The translations under genes were made by a program, and so were the position numbers. Below are positions 1-10,881 of a DNA stretch of 64,000 nt, in pieces. A model generated the notes under the pieces. It searched no databases, was not told where the DNA came from, and saw only the letters and a program-made list of their open reading frames with translations. Every line of letters starts with the position of its first letter. The stretch's first letter is position 1. This stretch comes from Candidatus Latescibacterota bacterium (GTDB lineage: Bacteria; Latescibacterota; UBA2968; UBA8231). The stretch covers positions 3,488,001-3,552,000 of the forward strand of contig CBDETK010000013.1 of NCBI GenBank assembly GCA_965242865.1, written 5' to 3'.

Positions 1-688
1 CGAGGTCCAACCGGGCCGCGCTCAGGTCGCCGGCGATGATCCGATCGGTGCCGATGTGGCTCAGCACCGCCACTACGAGCTGGCCGATGGGGCCGGCTCC
101 GAGGACCAGCACGGACTTGTCGAGGCCCAACCCCTCGCCGATGTGCGGGATGCCCGGGCCCAAGGCGCGCTCTACCGCCCGGGTGGCCACGGCTGCCGGC
201 TCGGTGAGCACGGCCCGGTCCAAAGGCAGGTCGTCGGGGATCTTGAAGAGCCACGAATGGCCCGTCAAATGCAGGTACTCGGCAAAGCCGCCGCGCGGCA
301 TGGGTGCGAGATCGGCGGACACAAACCCGTACACAAAGCGATTGGCGCACAGCGTGGGCCGCTGGGGCGTATGCAGGCAGTAGTAGCACCGTCCACAGGC
401 CCGCGACGAAGGCGTGGTGGTGACGCGGTCGCCGACCGCGACCGGGCCGCCCACGATGGCCAAGCTATCGGCTGCAGCCGGGCCTATCTCCTCAATGGTG
501 CCCACTAATTCGTGGCCGGGTATTACGGGAAACGACACGGCCATGTGGCCGGCGAACAAGTGCTTGTCGCTGCCGCAGATGCCCGTGCGCTCGACCTTCA
601 ATAGGACTTCGTCGTCTTTGATCTGGGGTTTGGGGTACGACCGCACGGCGATCTGGCCGGGGCCGGTCATAATCGCTGCCTGTATCAT
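1..688 (-). CDS. Zn-dependent alcohol dehydrogenase (MDR family); 3' end lies beyond the window edge
   Basis: Manual translation from ATG 688: MIQAAIMTGPG...GICGSDKH...GHE...CGRCYYC...C...EPAAVA...VLGAGPIG (catalytic Zn, structural Zn and Rossmann motifs). Missing from the ORF track because it has no stop in the window. Confidence 0.9.
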   Translation of the reverse strand, partial: MIQAAIMTGPGQIAVRSYPKPQIKDDEVLLKVERTGICGSDKHLFAGHMAVSFPVIPGHELVGTIEEIGPAAADSLAIVGGPVAVGDRVTTTPSSRACGRCYYCLHTPQRPTLCANRFVYGFVSADLAPMPRGGFAEYLHLTGHSWLFKIPDDLPLDRAVLTEPAAVATRAVERALGPGIPHIGEGLGLDKSVLVLGAGPIGQLVVAVLSHIGTDRIIAGDLSAARLDL

Positions 689-864
689 GCTTTGCTTTTC
701 CTCGACGATCCTAATAGCCATGTAGCTCACTTCCCTACGCCGATGCGGTTATAATCTACCTAACCGCCAAGGCTGGGGCAAATAGGCCAGTGCCGTGCGG
801 CAGGCTCTTTTACACGCGACCGCTCATTCTCCGTATATTTATTGAATTTGGATTGGACCCACGC

Positions 865-3465
865 ATGGGATTTGTACAAACATTTGCCGACTCGCTAAAA
901 GAAAGGCCCCGCGCCCCGCTCGGAGAGGCCCTGCGGCCGCTGTGGCGCGCTGCCCTCGCCCAGCTTGAAGCCGAGCACCGGGCCGGGGCCGACGGGCAGG
1001 TCGTGGCCCGGCAGATCGCCGAGGCCATGGACGCGGTGGTGCTGTCGATCTACCAGCGCGCCATGCCCCAGACAGCCGGCCCCCACGCGCTGGTGGCACT
1101 GGGCGGCTACGGTCGCTGCGAAATGGCCCCGCATTCCGATGTTGACTTGCTCTTCCTGTTCGTCAAAAGCGAAGACAAAGTTCCCGAAGTCGTCGCGGGC
1201 GTATTCAATCCGCTCTGGGACTTGGGGTTTGAGGTGGGGCACAGCAGTCGCACGTTGGACGATGTGGTCCGAGCAGTGCGCGAAGATCTGGAATCGCGCA
1301 CCGCGATGATGGACGGCCGCTTGCTGGCCGGCGACGCCGCGCTTTTCGCCCAGTTTCAAAAGCGGCTCTACAAGCGCGTGCCCAAGCGCACGGTTGCCGA
1401 GCTAAATCGGCTGCGCCAACTGCGCCTCCAAGCGCGGCAATCCGTCCAGCTTTTAGAGCCGAATGTCAAGGAGAGCCCCGGGGGCCTGCGCGAGATGCAG
1501 ATGTTCGAGTGGGCACTCAAAGCCAAGGCCAAAGCACCCGAATGGGGCGATTTGTGCGAGCAGTACCTCGATGGGAGCGGCGATAGCCTCGCCCGCAGCC
1601 GCGCCTTTCTCTGGCGGGTGCGGCACGCGCTCCACTTTGCCGTGGGCCGCAAGCGCGATGTGCTAGAGCACGATCTCAAGCCGCAGCTCGCGGCCTCCTT
1701 GGGCTATGCGGACCAAGGCCAAGAGCTGGCGGCCGAATGCTTTATGCGCGATTACTACCTCCATGCGCGCACCGTGTACCACCTAGTAGAACGGGCCTTC
1801 CAGCGGCTGACTCACAAGCCGCGCAACAGCAGCCGCAGCATGTATCTAGAGCGCGGGGTGGCGGCGGTGGAGGGAGAGCTCGTCCTCGCCGATGGCGCGG
1901 CGTATTTTGCCGCCGACCCCGTGCGCCTGCTAAAAATTTTCCTCACGGCTCAGACCAAAAACTTGGAATTGAGCGATCAGGCGCAGGGCGCGGTCCGCGC
2001 CAGTCTGCCGCTAATAGACGACGCATTCAGACGCCAGCCGGCAGCCCGCGACTTGTTCTTCAAAATCCTCAAGCGCAAATACCGCACCGCGCGCACCCTC
2101 CGGCGCATGCACGACTTAGGCGTCTTGGGCGCGTACCTGCCCGAGTTCGGGCGGCTGACCTGCTTGGTCCAATACGACATCTACCACATCTACACGGTCG
2201 ATGAGCACACGCTGGTCGCGCTGGAAAACTTGGAAGCCCTCGGCCAGCAGGAGGGCGGCATGTCCGCGATCCTCGCCCAATGCACGCGCCGCGACCTGCT
2301 CTTTTTCGCGGTGCTCTTGCACGACGTGGGCAAGTGGAAGCGCGACGACCACATCGCCCGGGGCATTGAGATGACCGAGGCGTTGAGCGAGCGGCTGGGG
2401 CTGGCCCCAGAGGAGCGGGCCATGCTGCGCTTCCTCGTGGAGCACCACCAAGACATGGTGCTGATCTCTAGGCGGCGCAATCTCGACGATTACGAGATGA
2501 TCGCCGAGTTCGCCGGGCTGTTCGCCAACGCGGAATGGCTGCGGGCGCTCTACTTGGTTTCGTATGCCGACCTGTCGGCCGTCGCGCCCGATGCTTGGAC
2601 CGACTGGCAAGGGGCCTTGCTGTGGGAATTGTACTACAAGACGGCCGAGCAATTGCACTCGGACATGCAGGCCCTAGAGGCCAAACAACGCGCTCGGCAG
2701 GTGCTCGACGAGCACCTCGATCACATTGAGGGCCGCTGGTCGGCCCAGCGAGTCGTCCAGTTCCAAGAACACATCGAGCTGCTGGCCCCCAGCTACTTGG
2801 TGGCTTACAACCGCGCCCAGATCAAAGTGCATCTGGCGATGATCGCTCGCCTGAGCCGGGAGCGGCCTTTTGTCGTGGAGTTTATTGAGCACGAGGGGCA
2901 CACCGAGATCGTGGTCTGCACCCGCGACCAGCGCCAGCTCATGGCCAAGATCTGCGGTGCCTTGGCCGTCAACGACATCAACATCCTCCGCGCTGATGTC
3001 AACACCCGCGCCGACGAGGTCGTGCTTGACATTTTCCAAGTGACCGACATCGGCGGCAGCCCGGTGCTGCCCGACTGGAAGAAGGAGCGCGTGCGCGAGC
3101 GGGTGGCCGAGGTCATCTCGCTGCGGCTCAAGGCCCGCGACTTGCTGGAGCGGTACAGCAGCAGTTGGGACCGCCGCCGCCGGCAGCGGCAGTACGACCA
3201 GCCGCCTCGCATCGCGCTCGACAACCAGATTTCGGCCCGCTATACGGTCGTCGATATCGAAGCCCAAGACGATGTGGGCCTGCTCTACCGAATCGCGTAC
3301 CTGCTGGGCGAGCTGGGGCTCAACATTCACCGCGCCATTATCAACACGGTCGCGGCGCGCGCCCAAGACGCCTTCTACATCGTCGATGCCGAGGGACAGA
3401 AGATCGCCAGCCCCGAAGAGCTCGACCGAATACAGGAGTACCTGCTCGACGGGCTGGCGTCTTGA
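865..3465 (+). CDS. glnD: [Protein-PII] uridylyltransferase/uridylyl-removing enzyme
   Basis: ALGGYGR..HSDVDLL NTase motif, NVKESPGGLRE, HIYTVDEH/LLHDVGK HD domain, two C-terminal ACT domains. ATG 865 preferred over the ORF-track start at 790. Confidence 0.95.
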   Translation: MGFVQTFADSLKERPRAPLGEALRPLWRAALAQLEAEHRAGADGQVVARQIAEAMDAVVLSIYQRAMPQTAGPHALVALGGYGRCEMAPHSDVDLLFLFVKSEDKVPEVVAGVFNPLWDLGFEVGHSSRTLDDVVRAVREDLESRTAMMDGRLLAGDAALFAQFQKRLYKRVPKRTVAELNRLRQLRLQARQSVQLLEPNVKESPGGLREMQMFEWALKAKAKAPEWGDLCEQYLDGSGDSLARSRAFLWRVRHALHFAVGRKRDVLEHDLKPQLAASLGYADQGQELAAECFMRDYYLHARTVYHLVERAFQRLTHKPRNSSRSMYLERGVAAVEGELVLADGAAYFAADPVRLLKIFLTAQTKNLELSDQAQGAVRASLPLIDDAFRRQPAARDLFFKILKRKYRTARTLRRMHDLGVLGAYLPEFGRLTCLVQYDIYHIYTVDEHTLVALENLEALGQQEGGMSAILAQCTRRDLLFFAVLLHDVGKWKRDDHIARGIEMTEALSERLGLAPEERAMLRFLVEHHQDMVLISRRRNLDDYEMIAEFAGLFANAEWLRALYLVSYADLSAVAPDAWTDWQGALLWELYYKTAEQLHSDMQALEAKQRARQVLDEHLDHIEGRWSAQRVVQFQEHIELLAPSYLVAYNRAQIKVHLAMIARLSRERPFVVEFIEHEGHTEIVVCTRDQRQLMAKICGALAVNDINILRADVNTRADEVVLDIFQVTDIGGSPVLPDWKKERVRERVAEVISLRLKARDLLERYSSSWDRRRRQRQYDQPPRIALDNQISARYTVVDIEAQDDVGLLYRIAYLLGELGLNIHRAIINTVAARAQDAFYIVDAEGQKIASPEELDRIQEYLLDGLAS

Positions 3466-3504
3466 GTAGCCTGCCGCGGGAACCCATTCACTGAGGAGAA
3501 TCGA

Positions 3505-3930
3505 ATGTCAGAACACCCCGAGCCAACCTGCCAAGTGATTCGCCGCCGAGCAACCTACGAAGGCAAACAGGCACTCACGTATATTTCGGGGATCGCGGCC
3601 GAAACCACCGGCGCGCAGAGGATTTGCATGCACCTGCTGAACATGCCCCCTAAAGAACGGGCCAAGGCCCACCTGCACGAAAACCACGAAACCGCTATTT
3701 ACATCATCAGCGGCCAAGCTGGAATGTGGTATGGCGAGCGGTTGGAGGAGCATCAATACGTCAGTAGCGGCGACTTTGTTTACATCCCTTCCGGCATCCC
3801 TCACCTGCCCTACAATCCCAGCGCGACAGAAACCTGCACTGCGGTGATCGCCCGGACGGACCCCAACGAACAAGAGAGCGTTAAACTCTTGCCCGAACTG
3901 GACGAGATCCGCCGCTCCTTGGACCGCTGA
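3505..3930 (+). CDS. Cupin domain protein
   Basis: AHLHENHETAIY...GDFVYIPSGIPH cupin motifs; GAGGAG RBS upstream. Confidence 0.88.
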   Translation: MSEHPEPTCQVIRRRATYEGKQALTYISGIAAETTGAQRICMHLLNMPPKERAKAHLHENHETAIYIISGQAGMWYGERLEEHQYVSSGDFVYIPSGIPHLPYNPSATETCTAVIARTDPNEQESVKLLPELDEIRRSLDR

Positions 3931-4046
3931 CCGCACGAGCATATCGCATCTTGATTGAGTACTATGGGCAAAAAAGGCCGTGGCGCACCCTGACCCTGAC
4001 CACTATACTAAGAATAACAACGTAAGTGATTGTTTTTATTAAATTT

Positions 4047-6059
4047 ATGAGAATGGGGGGGGGGGGGAGATTTACTCTCTCCACATTCGAGTGGATCGCC
4101 CGGTTCTGGCGCGACCCCTTCGCGCTGCTCATCGTCGTCCTCGCCGGGCTGGGCACCGCCCACATCCTCGTCCGCACCGCCACCTACGGCGCGAAGGTCA
4201 TGTACGACTCTGTAATTTTTCTGTCCACGGCCATGAACTTCCTCGCAGGAGAGGGCTGGCAGGATTTCTGGGGCAACCCAATGGTGTTTTCCCCGCCCTT
4301 GTTCCCCTTGCTGCTAGCGGCCTTGGGGTGGGTTGGCCTCGATCCGGTAGCGGCGAGTCGGTGGGTCAACGCCACCGCCTTCGGGCTGACCATCTTGGCA
4401 GCCGGCCTCTATCTGCGCTCGCATCTCCGGTCGCGGGGACTGGCACTAGCCGCCACCGCGACTATCGCAGCCTCCCTGCCCTTGAGCCATTGGGCGTCAG
4501 AGGTCAGGAACGATCCCCTCTTCGCCCTGTTTACGCTCCTCGCCTTGATCCAATGGGCGTCCTTCCTGCATCGCGGCGGGCGGACGCCCCTGCTGGCGGC
4601 GGTTTGCACCGCGCTGGTCGCGCTGACCCGCTACCCGGGCGTGGTGCTGATCGGCATCGGCGTCCTGCTGTTGCTGGTGCGGCGCAAACCGCCGCTGGCC
4701 GCCCGGTTGAAAGACGCCGTTGTATTTGGGACCATCTCATCCTTGCCCCTCGCGGGGGTGATGACGCGCAACTGGGCGGTCTCCGGGAGCCTGACCGCGA
4801 GGAAAGGCGGGTCGGAGCAGTCCCTGTCCGATTCGCTGAGCCAAGTGGTGGATGTATTCCGGGAATGGGCGATTCCCCCGAATGCGCCGGACGGGTTTAG
4901 TTTTCTCCTGTGGACCGTGGCCGGGCTGGTGGTGGCAGCGGGGGCGATCGTCGTTGGGTCTCGGCTTGGCGGGACGGACGGAGGGGCAACGGAGCGGACT
5001 GCGTCGCCGCGCATGGGGTTGGGGCCGGTGCTCCCATTCGGGGTGTTCGCCCTAGCCTACCTCATATTTATCGTCGCTGTCGTACCCCTTGCGGTTAAAC
5101 AGGTCATCGACAGCCGCTACCTACTGCCGGTGTATGTGCCGCTGCTGGTGGTGCTCGCGTTGCTGTTAGACCGGTTCCTGTCCATCGGGGCGGCGGGTCG
5201 GAGCGCCACCATTCGCTACGGTCTGGCGTGCCTCGTCTTGCTGGCCGCTCTCGCCCACATCGGCTTCTCGGCGCACAGGAATCTCCGTATTACCCGCCAA
5301 GCATGGAGAGCCGGGTTTGAATACTTGACGATCAATGGCTCCTACTGGGAACCTTCCGAGACCCTGAATTACATCAGAACCAACCTTCGCGAGGGCAGAA
5401 TTTATAGCAACAACGCTTACCTTACTTGGTGGTGGGATCGGGATCGGACCGCCGCCTTGGGAAGGCACAAGTTTCTCCCGTGGTTTCGCAAGTTGATGCC
5501 GCTCATAATGCGATGGCCCGACGATGCTCATATCGTTTGGCTCCAGAATGAAAGGGCTTTTTACGACTACGACGCCTTGGACCTCCGCTGCCTGCCCGGC
5601 GTGGAACCCGTGGCCGAGCTATCCGACGGGGTGGTGTTCCGCCTAACGACCGCGGCGACCGAACCGTTCGACGCGGAAAGGCATCGCGCCTGCAAACAAT
5701 CCTACGTGGACCAACTCCTCGCACAGGTCGGCGAGCGGGTCGTCCGCTCCGACTGGGACGTGTACCGCAACGGACGCAAGCTGACGTACCTCAAACAGCC
5801 GTGTGCTTCCGCCGACACGCAGGCCAAGTTCGTTTTGCACGTCACCCCGGCCGACCCGGGCGGCCTTTCGCGCTCCCGCCAGCGGTACGGCTTTGACAAC
5901 CTCGGCTTTCATTTCAACTGGCGCGGCATTCGGCGCGGCGACCAGTGTATCGCGATCGCGCATCTGCCCGCCTACGCCATCAACCGCATCCGGGTCGGCC
6001 AGTGGATTGCCAACGAGAACCGCACCCTCTGGGACGCGGAGTTTTCGCCGAGCCAGTGA
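4047..6059 (+). CDS. Multi-pass GT-C (ArnT/PMT-like) glycosyltransferase with C-terminal extracytoplasmic domain
   Basis: Many TM segments; DS, PPLFPLLL, LTRYPG and RYLLP motifs; soluble tail (DVYRNGRKLTYLKQPC...FDNLGFHF). G13 tract in the first codons. Start uncertain. Confidence 0.7.
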   Translation: MRMGGGGRFTLSTFEWIARFWRDPFALLIVVLAGLGTAHILVRTATYGAKVMYDSVIFLSTAMNFLAGEGWQDFWGNPMVFSPPLFPLLLAALGWVGLDPVAASRWVNATAFGLTILAAGLYLRSHLRSRGLALAATATIAASLPLSHWASEVRNDPLFALFTLLALIQWASFLHRGGRTPLLAAVCTALVALTRYPGVVLIGIGVLLLLVRRKPPLAARLKDAVVFGTISSLPLAGVMTRNWAVSGSLTARKGGSEQSLSDSLSQVVDVFREWAIPPNAPDGFSFLLWTVAGLVVAAGAIVVGSRLGGTDGGATERTASPRMGLGPVLPFGVFALAYLIFIVAVVPLAVKQVIDSRYLLPVYVPLLVVLALLLDRFLSIGAAGRSATIRYGLACLVLLAALAHIGFSAHRNLRITRQAWRAGFEYLTINGSYWEPSETLNYIRTNLREGRIYSNNAYLTWWWDRDRTAALGRHKFLPWFRKLMPLIMRWPDDAHIVWLQNERAFYDYDALDLRCLPGVEPVAELSDGVVFRLTTAATEPFDAERHRACKQSYVDQLLAQVGERVVRSDWDVYRNGRKLTYLKQPCASADTQAKFVLHVTPADPGGLSRSRQRYGFDNLGFHFNWRGIRRGDQCIAIAHLPAYAINRIRVGQWIANENRTLWDAEFSPSQ

Positions 6060-6130
6060 TGGTCGCCAAGGAACGCGCCGACCTCCCCGTCTAGGCCCAT
6101 GAGCGCCCTCGACGAAGCCCCGCAAAACGC

Positions 6131-8020
6131 CTAGCGCAAAAAGAGCAGCTTGCGCGTCAGTTCCACGCCTTGGGTCTCCAAGCGATAGAGATACACGCCG
6201 CTGGCTACGACGCGGCCGCTGTGGTCGCGCCCATCCCAAGCGACTTCGCCGTATCCGGCCGCCGCTTGGTCGGTGGCGAGGGTGCGAACCTTCTGCCCGT
6301 GGAGATTGTAGATGCGTAGGGCGACGGGCGCGGAGTCGGGCGCGATAAAGGGCAAGATCGTGCCCGCATTGAAGGGGTTGGGATAGTTGGGCAAGAGGGA
6401 CCAGCTAGTCGGAGTGGGGCCGGCGGTAGCTGCTATGGCCGTGGAGAAGGCGCGGAGGACCTGCGGCGGCCCAGATGTGGTTAGCCGCTCAACGACCGCG
6501 GCGGCCGGCTCGCCGACGAGTGGGAGCGGGAGCGGATCTATGAGGTCGGTAAAGGGGCGGGAGCGGAACTCGCGGCCATCGTACAGGGTAATGACCACCT
6601 CCCATTCCTCCTCGGGTCGCGTGTCCCCCAAGTCGTCGGAGCAGTCGGTCCGCAGGTCGGCCGAGCGGACTTGGCTGACGTCGGGCAGGTCGGGATTGTA
6701 CGCGAACATGGGGTCGAGAGTCATCTCGTCGGCCGAGAGGGTGGTATAAAGCCGGGTGAGATAGGGCTTTTCCTCTAAGAATTGTCGGATGCCTTCCAGC
6801 GGCTCGACCACGATGCGCTGCAAGTCGTCGGCAAAGGCGTTGGCGTCAAAGGCGAAGTCGGCGAGATAGCGGTCGTAAGTACGCATGTTGTTGTAGAAGG
6901 AGCGTTCGGCGGTGTCTTGGAGCCAGCCTTCCTCCTGTGCTCGCTCGTAGGCTTTACGGTCGCCGGCAAATACCATTTCAAGCACACCTTCTGTGAGCAC
7001 GGCTGGCGGTATGGGGATGTGGCGGCGGATCAGGGTTTGCATCTGGGCGTCGCTGGGGAAACCCTGCCATAAAGCCGCGTTGAGAAAGTCGGCCGGGTGC
7101 GTCTGCCTGCGTAGCTCCGCTAGATCGAACTCCCAAAAGAAAAAGTTGCGGACGATGGTGCTAGGACCGGCGTAATCCGTGACAAAGGCTTGGCCTCCGG
7201 CCTCATTGGCGGCTTGGGTGACGACTTCCGGGTAGTTGAAGCCGCGGTCGAACCAATCGATGAGGGCTTCGTTGATCTGCACGTGCAGGTAGTTTTGCGG
7301 GATGGCGCGGTGCTCACCCAAGATATATGTCAAGATGCCTAGGTCCGGCTCGGTGGCTACTGCGGTGAGGCGGATGGGGATGCCGGGCGCATCGGCCGCA
7401 TAAGTTACGGCGATGGGTTGCAGGTCGCCGACATCGCGGTCTGGCGCGAGCTTGAGGGCCAAAAAGTAAAAGCCCTCTTCCACATAAGGCGTCAAAAGCT
7501 CAACCCCAAGCTCGCCGAGTTGATAGCCGTTGTCCACGAGCCAATCGACAATGGCCTGGGCGTCGTCCGAGGAAATGACCGCGGTGTGGTAGGGGCCAAT
7601 CTGTTCTTGGGCGACCACTTCAACTGAAGGGGGACCGGAGACTCCCACACCAGCGCAGGTTGAGCAACTCTCTGGGAAAATGAAATCGTAGAAATGGTTA
7701 TCGTAGCAGCCCCCCTCATCCACAAAGTTCAGTTGAAAGTCGGGCTGAGTTGCGCCCTGCAACTGGGCGAAAATTTGGTTGTGGCTGACGGCGAGTTCGG
7801 GCACGGCCGGCAGGGGCAACACCCACGCAAAGTCCGCGGCCGTGCCGCTGTACTGGATCTGGACGTGAGTAGTGACCGTGCCTTCCCCTTGGATGAAGAG
7901 GATGTTTTCAGCGACTTGATTCATGGGGACCGTGGTGCAGAAGAAGCCGCCGCAGGCGCGGGCGGCCGGGACGCTGAGCACCAAAGACAACCATAGAAAA
8001 AACAAGCATTTTGCGAGCAT
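6131..8020 (-). CDS. Secreted DUF2330-family protein with C-terminal FlgD-Ig/sorting-like domain
   Basis: Signal peptide then [24 protein letters not shown] (DUF2330-like); tail NYPNPFN...[12 protein letters not shown]...WDGRD...SGVYLYRL. Confidence 0.8.
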   Translation of the reverse strand: MLAKCLFFLWLSLVLSVPAARACGGFFCTTVPMNQVAENILFIQGEGTVTTHVQIQYSGTAADFAWVLPLPAVPELAVSHNQIFAQLQGATQPDFQLNFVDEGGCYDNHFYDFIFPESCSTCAGVGVSGPPSVEVVAQEQIGPYHTAVISSDDAQAIVDWLVDNGYQLGELGVELLTPYVEEGFYFLALKLAPDRDVGDLQPIAVTYAADAPGIPIRLTAVATEPDLGILTYILGEHRAIPQNYLHVQINEALIDWFDRGFNYPEVVTQAANEAGGQAFVTDYAGPSTIVRNFFFWEFDLAELRRQTHPADFLNAALWQGFPSDAQMQTLIRRHIPIPPAVLTEGVLEMVFAGDRKAYERAQEEGWLQDTAERSFYNNMRTYDRYLADFAFDANAFADDLQRIVVEPLEGIRQFLEEKPYLTRLYTTLSADEMTLDPMFAYNPDLPDVSQVRSADLRTDCSDDLGDTRPEEEWEVVITLYDGREFRSRPFTDLIDPLPLPLVGEPAAAVVERLTTSGPPQVLRAFSTAIAATAGPTPTSWSLLPNYPNPFNAGTILPFIAPDSAPVALRIYNLHGQKVRTLATDQAAAGYGEVAWDGRDHSGRVVASGVYLYRLETQGVELTRKLLFLR

Positions 8021-8032
8021 AATGCCCTCCTG

Positions 8033-8404
8033 TTAGAAAACCTGCTTGGTCCGCCCCAACTCCTCGGCGTCAATCCACTGGCGCAACACCGCTCCCGAGC
8101 GCGCCAATAGCTCCCGATAGGGCCGCTGCAAGCGTTTGGGGAACTTAACCGCGCTGCGCCCCTTCATGGCGTAGTCGGGCTTCGGCGGCCCGTTGGTCAC
8201 ACTGGTGGGCCGGGTCACGCGCTCTTGCCGCCGCTCCTGCCAAGTCTTGCTCAGGGCCGCGCTAAACCCGTGCTGGCGGCACCACACCTTGTAGGCTTCA
8301 ATCGCCGCTAGGCCCAGCGACGCTAAATGGGTGCCCAACTCGGCATTGGCGCGGGCGGTCGCGCCTCGCGGGCGGCCCTTTTTGCGCCTCGTTCCCTTAG
8401 CCAT
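8033..8404 (-). pseudogene. Short, probably internally deleted remnant (PcfJ-like N-terminus?)
   Basis: LGLAAIEAYKVWCRQHGFS...YAMKGRS resembles pieces of much longer PcfJ-domain proteins (from recall); only 123 aa; overlaps the upstream stop. Confidence 0.3.
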
Positions 8405-9383
8405 TTTGCAAAATTTTCGCCAAGTGCTCGGCGGGCGCGTTCCCGCCGCTGAGGATGCCCACGATCTTTTTGCCGGCCAAGGACTGGCGGAGCTTCAAGG
8501 CCACGGCCAGGGATGCGGCCCCGGCGCCTTCGGCCACCAGCTTGGCCTCCCGCGCCAGCAGGCCAATCGCCGCGTCGATCTCCTCGTCGGTGACCAGCTC
8601 AAAGCGATCGACGAGCGCCCACATCATGCGCGTAGTCAGTTCAAAGGGGACGCGCGTGGCAAGCCCTTCGTGCCGCGTAGTCATGGGGGCCGCCACGTCG
8701 AGCCGCCGCTGCTGCCACGCTCGGTGGCAGGCGGGCGCGCTCTCGGTTTGCACGCCGATGATCTCGACGGCCGGGTTTAGGTGGCGCGCCACGAGCGAGA
8801 TGCCGCAAATGCCGCTGCCGCCGCCGACGGGCACGATCAGCGCATCTACATCGGGCAGGGCGGCAAAAATCTCCAAGCCCATGGTGCCCACGCCGGCGAT
8901 CAGCAAAGGCTCGTTGGCCGAATGTACGTAGCGGCAGCCCGTGCGGCGCGCCACCCGCTCAACTTCTGCGCGGGCCTCGTCAAAATCGCGGCCCCAGAGG
9001 CGGACTTCGGCTCCGAGGGCGCGCATGGCCGCGACCTTCGCCGGGTTGCTGGCCCGCTCCGGCCCGTAGATGGTCACTGGCGTGTCAAAGAGCCGACCGG
9101 CGTAGGCCAGCGACTGGCCGTGATTGCCGGTGCTCGCGCTGATGACGCCCGGCTGCCGCTCGTCCGGGCGCAAGCGCCCGATGAGATTGACGCCGCCGCG
9201 GACCTTAAAGGCCCCCACGGGCTGCAAGTTCTCGCACTTGGCGTGGTATTCGCAACCCAGCATCTGCGAGAGCTTCCAGCAGTGGACCAGCGGCGTCGGC
9301 GTCAGATGCGCCCCAATAAACGCCGCGGCCTCTTCCACGGCCGCAAAAGTAAGTGTGTCTGTCATCGGTTGTATTCCGTCCAA
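8397..9383 (-). CDS. PLP-dependent threonine/serine dehydratase family
   Basis: KCENLQPVGAFKVRG (PLP Lys), STGNHG, PVGGGSG, EGAGA, LSGGN; no regulatory ACT tail. Confidence 0.92.
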   Translation of the reverse strand: MDGIQPMTDTLTFAAVEEAAAFIGAHLTPTPLVHCWKLSQMLGCEYHAKCENLQPVGAFKVRGGVNLIGRLRPDERQPGVISASTGNHGQSLAYAGRLFDTPVTIYGPERASNPAKVAAMRALGAEVRLWGRDFDEARAEVERVARRTGCRYVHSANEPLLIAGVGTMGLEIFAALPDVDALIVPVGGGSGICGISLVARHLNPAVEIIGVQTESAPACHRAWQQRRLDVAAPMTTRHEGLATRVPFELTTRMMWALVDRFELVTDEEIDAAIGLLAREAKLVAEGAGAASLAVALKLRQSLAGKKIVGILSGGNAPAEHLAKILQNG

Positions 9384-9585
9384 CGCCTCTGCCTGTAATA
9401 TTGATTATTTAACGCGAGAGTTCAATCTCGCTATGGTCAACCGGCCCAATGTATCCCACCCAATTGATTTAATAAAACGGAATTTCCTATTTTACAGGTC
9501 TTTTTTTTAGTAAGGTTTTTTTGTAAAGGAAATTTCAAAAAACCCTTGTGGACTATCTAGATTAGATGCCCCTTATTTTTGTCTC

Positions 9586-9745
9586 TGCTTACAACTGTGC
9601 AGGTCCGTTTGTCGGGTAGCCTGCTAAATACAAGAGCCTGAACGTGGCCCAGGGTAGCTCCCTAGGGCTAGGTGAATAGGCAGGGACATTCCCGCACCAG
9701 ACTGCGCGGTTGTAAGCAACTGCCCGGCCCCTATAACGGGGGCCG
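9586..9745 (+). ncRNA. Candidate structured RNA/leader of unknown class
   Basis: 9586-9602 pairs with 9702-9718 (15 Watson-Crick + 2 G-U), with internal helices and a separate hairpin at 9725-9745. Confidence 0.35.
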
Positions 9746-9785
9746 CACCGCTACAACCAATTTAATCCCTCGCGGAAGGTGCATT

Positions 9786-9959
9786 ATGCTGACCCTGCTT
9801 ACTCTTATTTTTTCTCTGTTGGTTGCCGCGGTGTTGGGCTGCGGGGATCGGGATAACTCGGTGTCTGTGGAGTCTGCGGCTAAACTGGTTGAGTGTAATT
9901 TGTTCGATATAGCGGCGGGCAAAGAAGGCTGTGAAGTGGAGACGCCGCTTAGCGTTTAG
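9786..9959 (+). pseudogene. Lipoprotein N-terminal fragment ending at the IS1595 boundary
   Basis: MLTLLTLIFSLLVAAVLG-C lipobox; stops after 57 aa immediately next to the IS passenger gene. Confidence 0.5.
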
Positions 9960-9982
9960 TATATGTATGTTCAGGTTTCAAG

Positions 9983-10881
9983 TCAATCCTCCAGTAATAA
10001 CTCAAGCTGCTGATATTTTTGTGGAAACGCTCGATTCAGGTTTCGCTGGAACGCATCCCAATTCGACGATGCCCTCATTAACGCGGTCACTGCGGCTAAA
10101 TGCTCCTTGAGTTTGGGATGGCCTAGGTCTGGAGTGAGATATTGATGGTGACGATGTCGACGGTTCCCCGAAGGCATTATCGGATTCTTCTTGCGTAGCT
10201 CTTCTAGCACCGCTGGATCTAAACGGTTGTACACGATCTCATTGGTATAGCGGCCTATTACGGACGGACGCTTGACGCCGTCTGGTCCGGACCAGCCTTT
10301 GAGCCGGAAAATTTGTTCGTAGAATTCATACGGGAATGTTTTGGTCCAAGGCTGAAGCTCTTTGGCTATGAACTTCTCAATAATGTCCGTGAGTGCGCGT
10401 TCTGCACGGATGCGCTGATAGCCCGTCGCCTCGTCCACGAGAGCGATAATGCCCACCGTAGCAAATCCACGGACTAGAGTCATTGCCCGTTTGACAATAG
10501 AGGCTTGATTAGGACCAGCAAACCCTCTTTGATCCATTTCTAAAATTGTGTCACAAATATCTACAAGTATTTCAGCAGGATAGCCATAGGCTGTTCTACC
10601 GCGTGGCGGATAAAATTCTATCGGATTCATGATATGCACAATTAAGTCTTTGTTTTTTAATATAGTTATGTCTATATTTTTCAAAAAATCGACTATTCTG
10701 GGCGCACCACTTTTCCCTCCCCCAACACCCAATCCAATGCTACCTTGCAATCCGCGCTGAGACAAAACTCTCGTTTCGTCCTCCAAGACATAGCATGGAA
10801 TTTCAATATCTCCGAATCTCCGATTATAAGCGGCTTATCGGGTGCCCCCGCGATAACCTTTAAGGGGTCTTTTTGGCTCAT
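9983..10881 (-). pseudogene. P63C domain protein, frameshifted
   Basis: VGIIALVDEATGYQ...PWTKTFP..FYEQIFRL..HHQYLT. The N-terminus is in another frame; an 8-bp tandem duplication at 10808-10823 explains the shift. Confidence 0.85.

Noticed and set aside
9586-9718. Retron msr-msd, 6S RNA or a known riboswitch
   Set aside because: No reverse transcriptase nearby and no recognisable conserved motifs; kept only as an unclassified candidate.
9927-9945. GGCTGTGAAGTG as the IS1595 terminal inverted repeat
   Set aside because: No partner copy at the other end, and it may simply be lipoprotein coding sequence (EGCEV).
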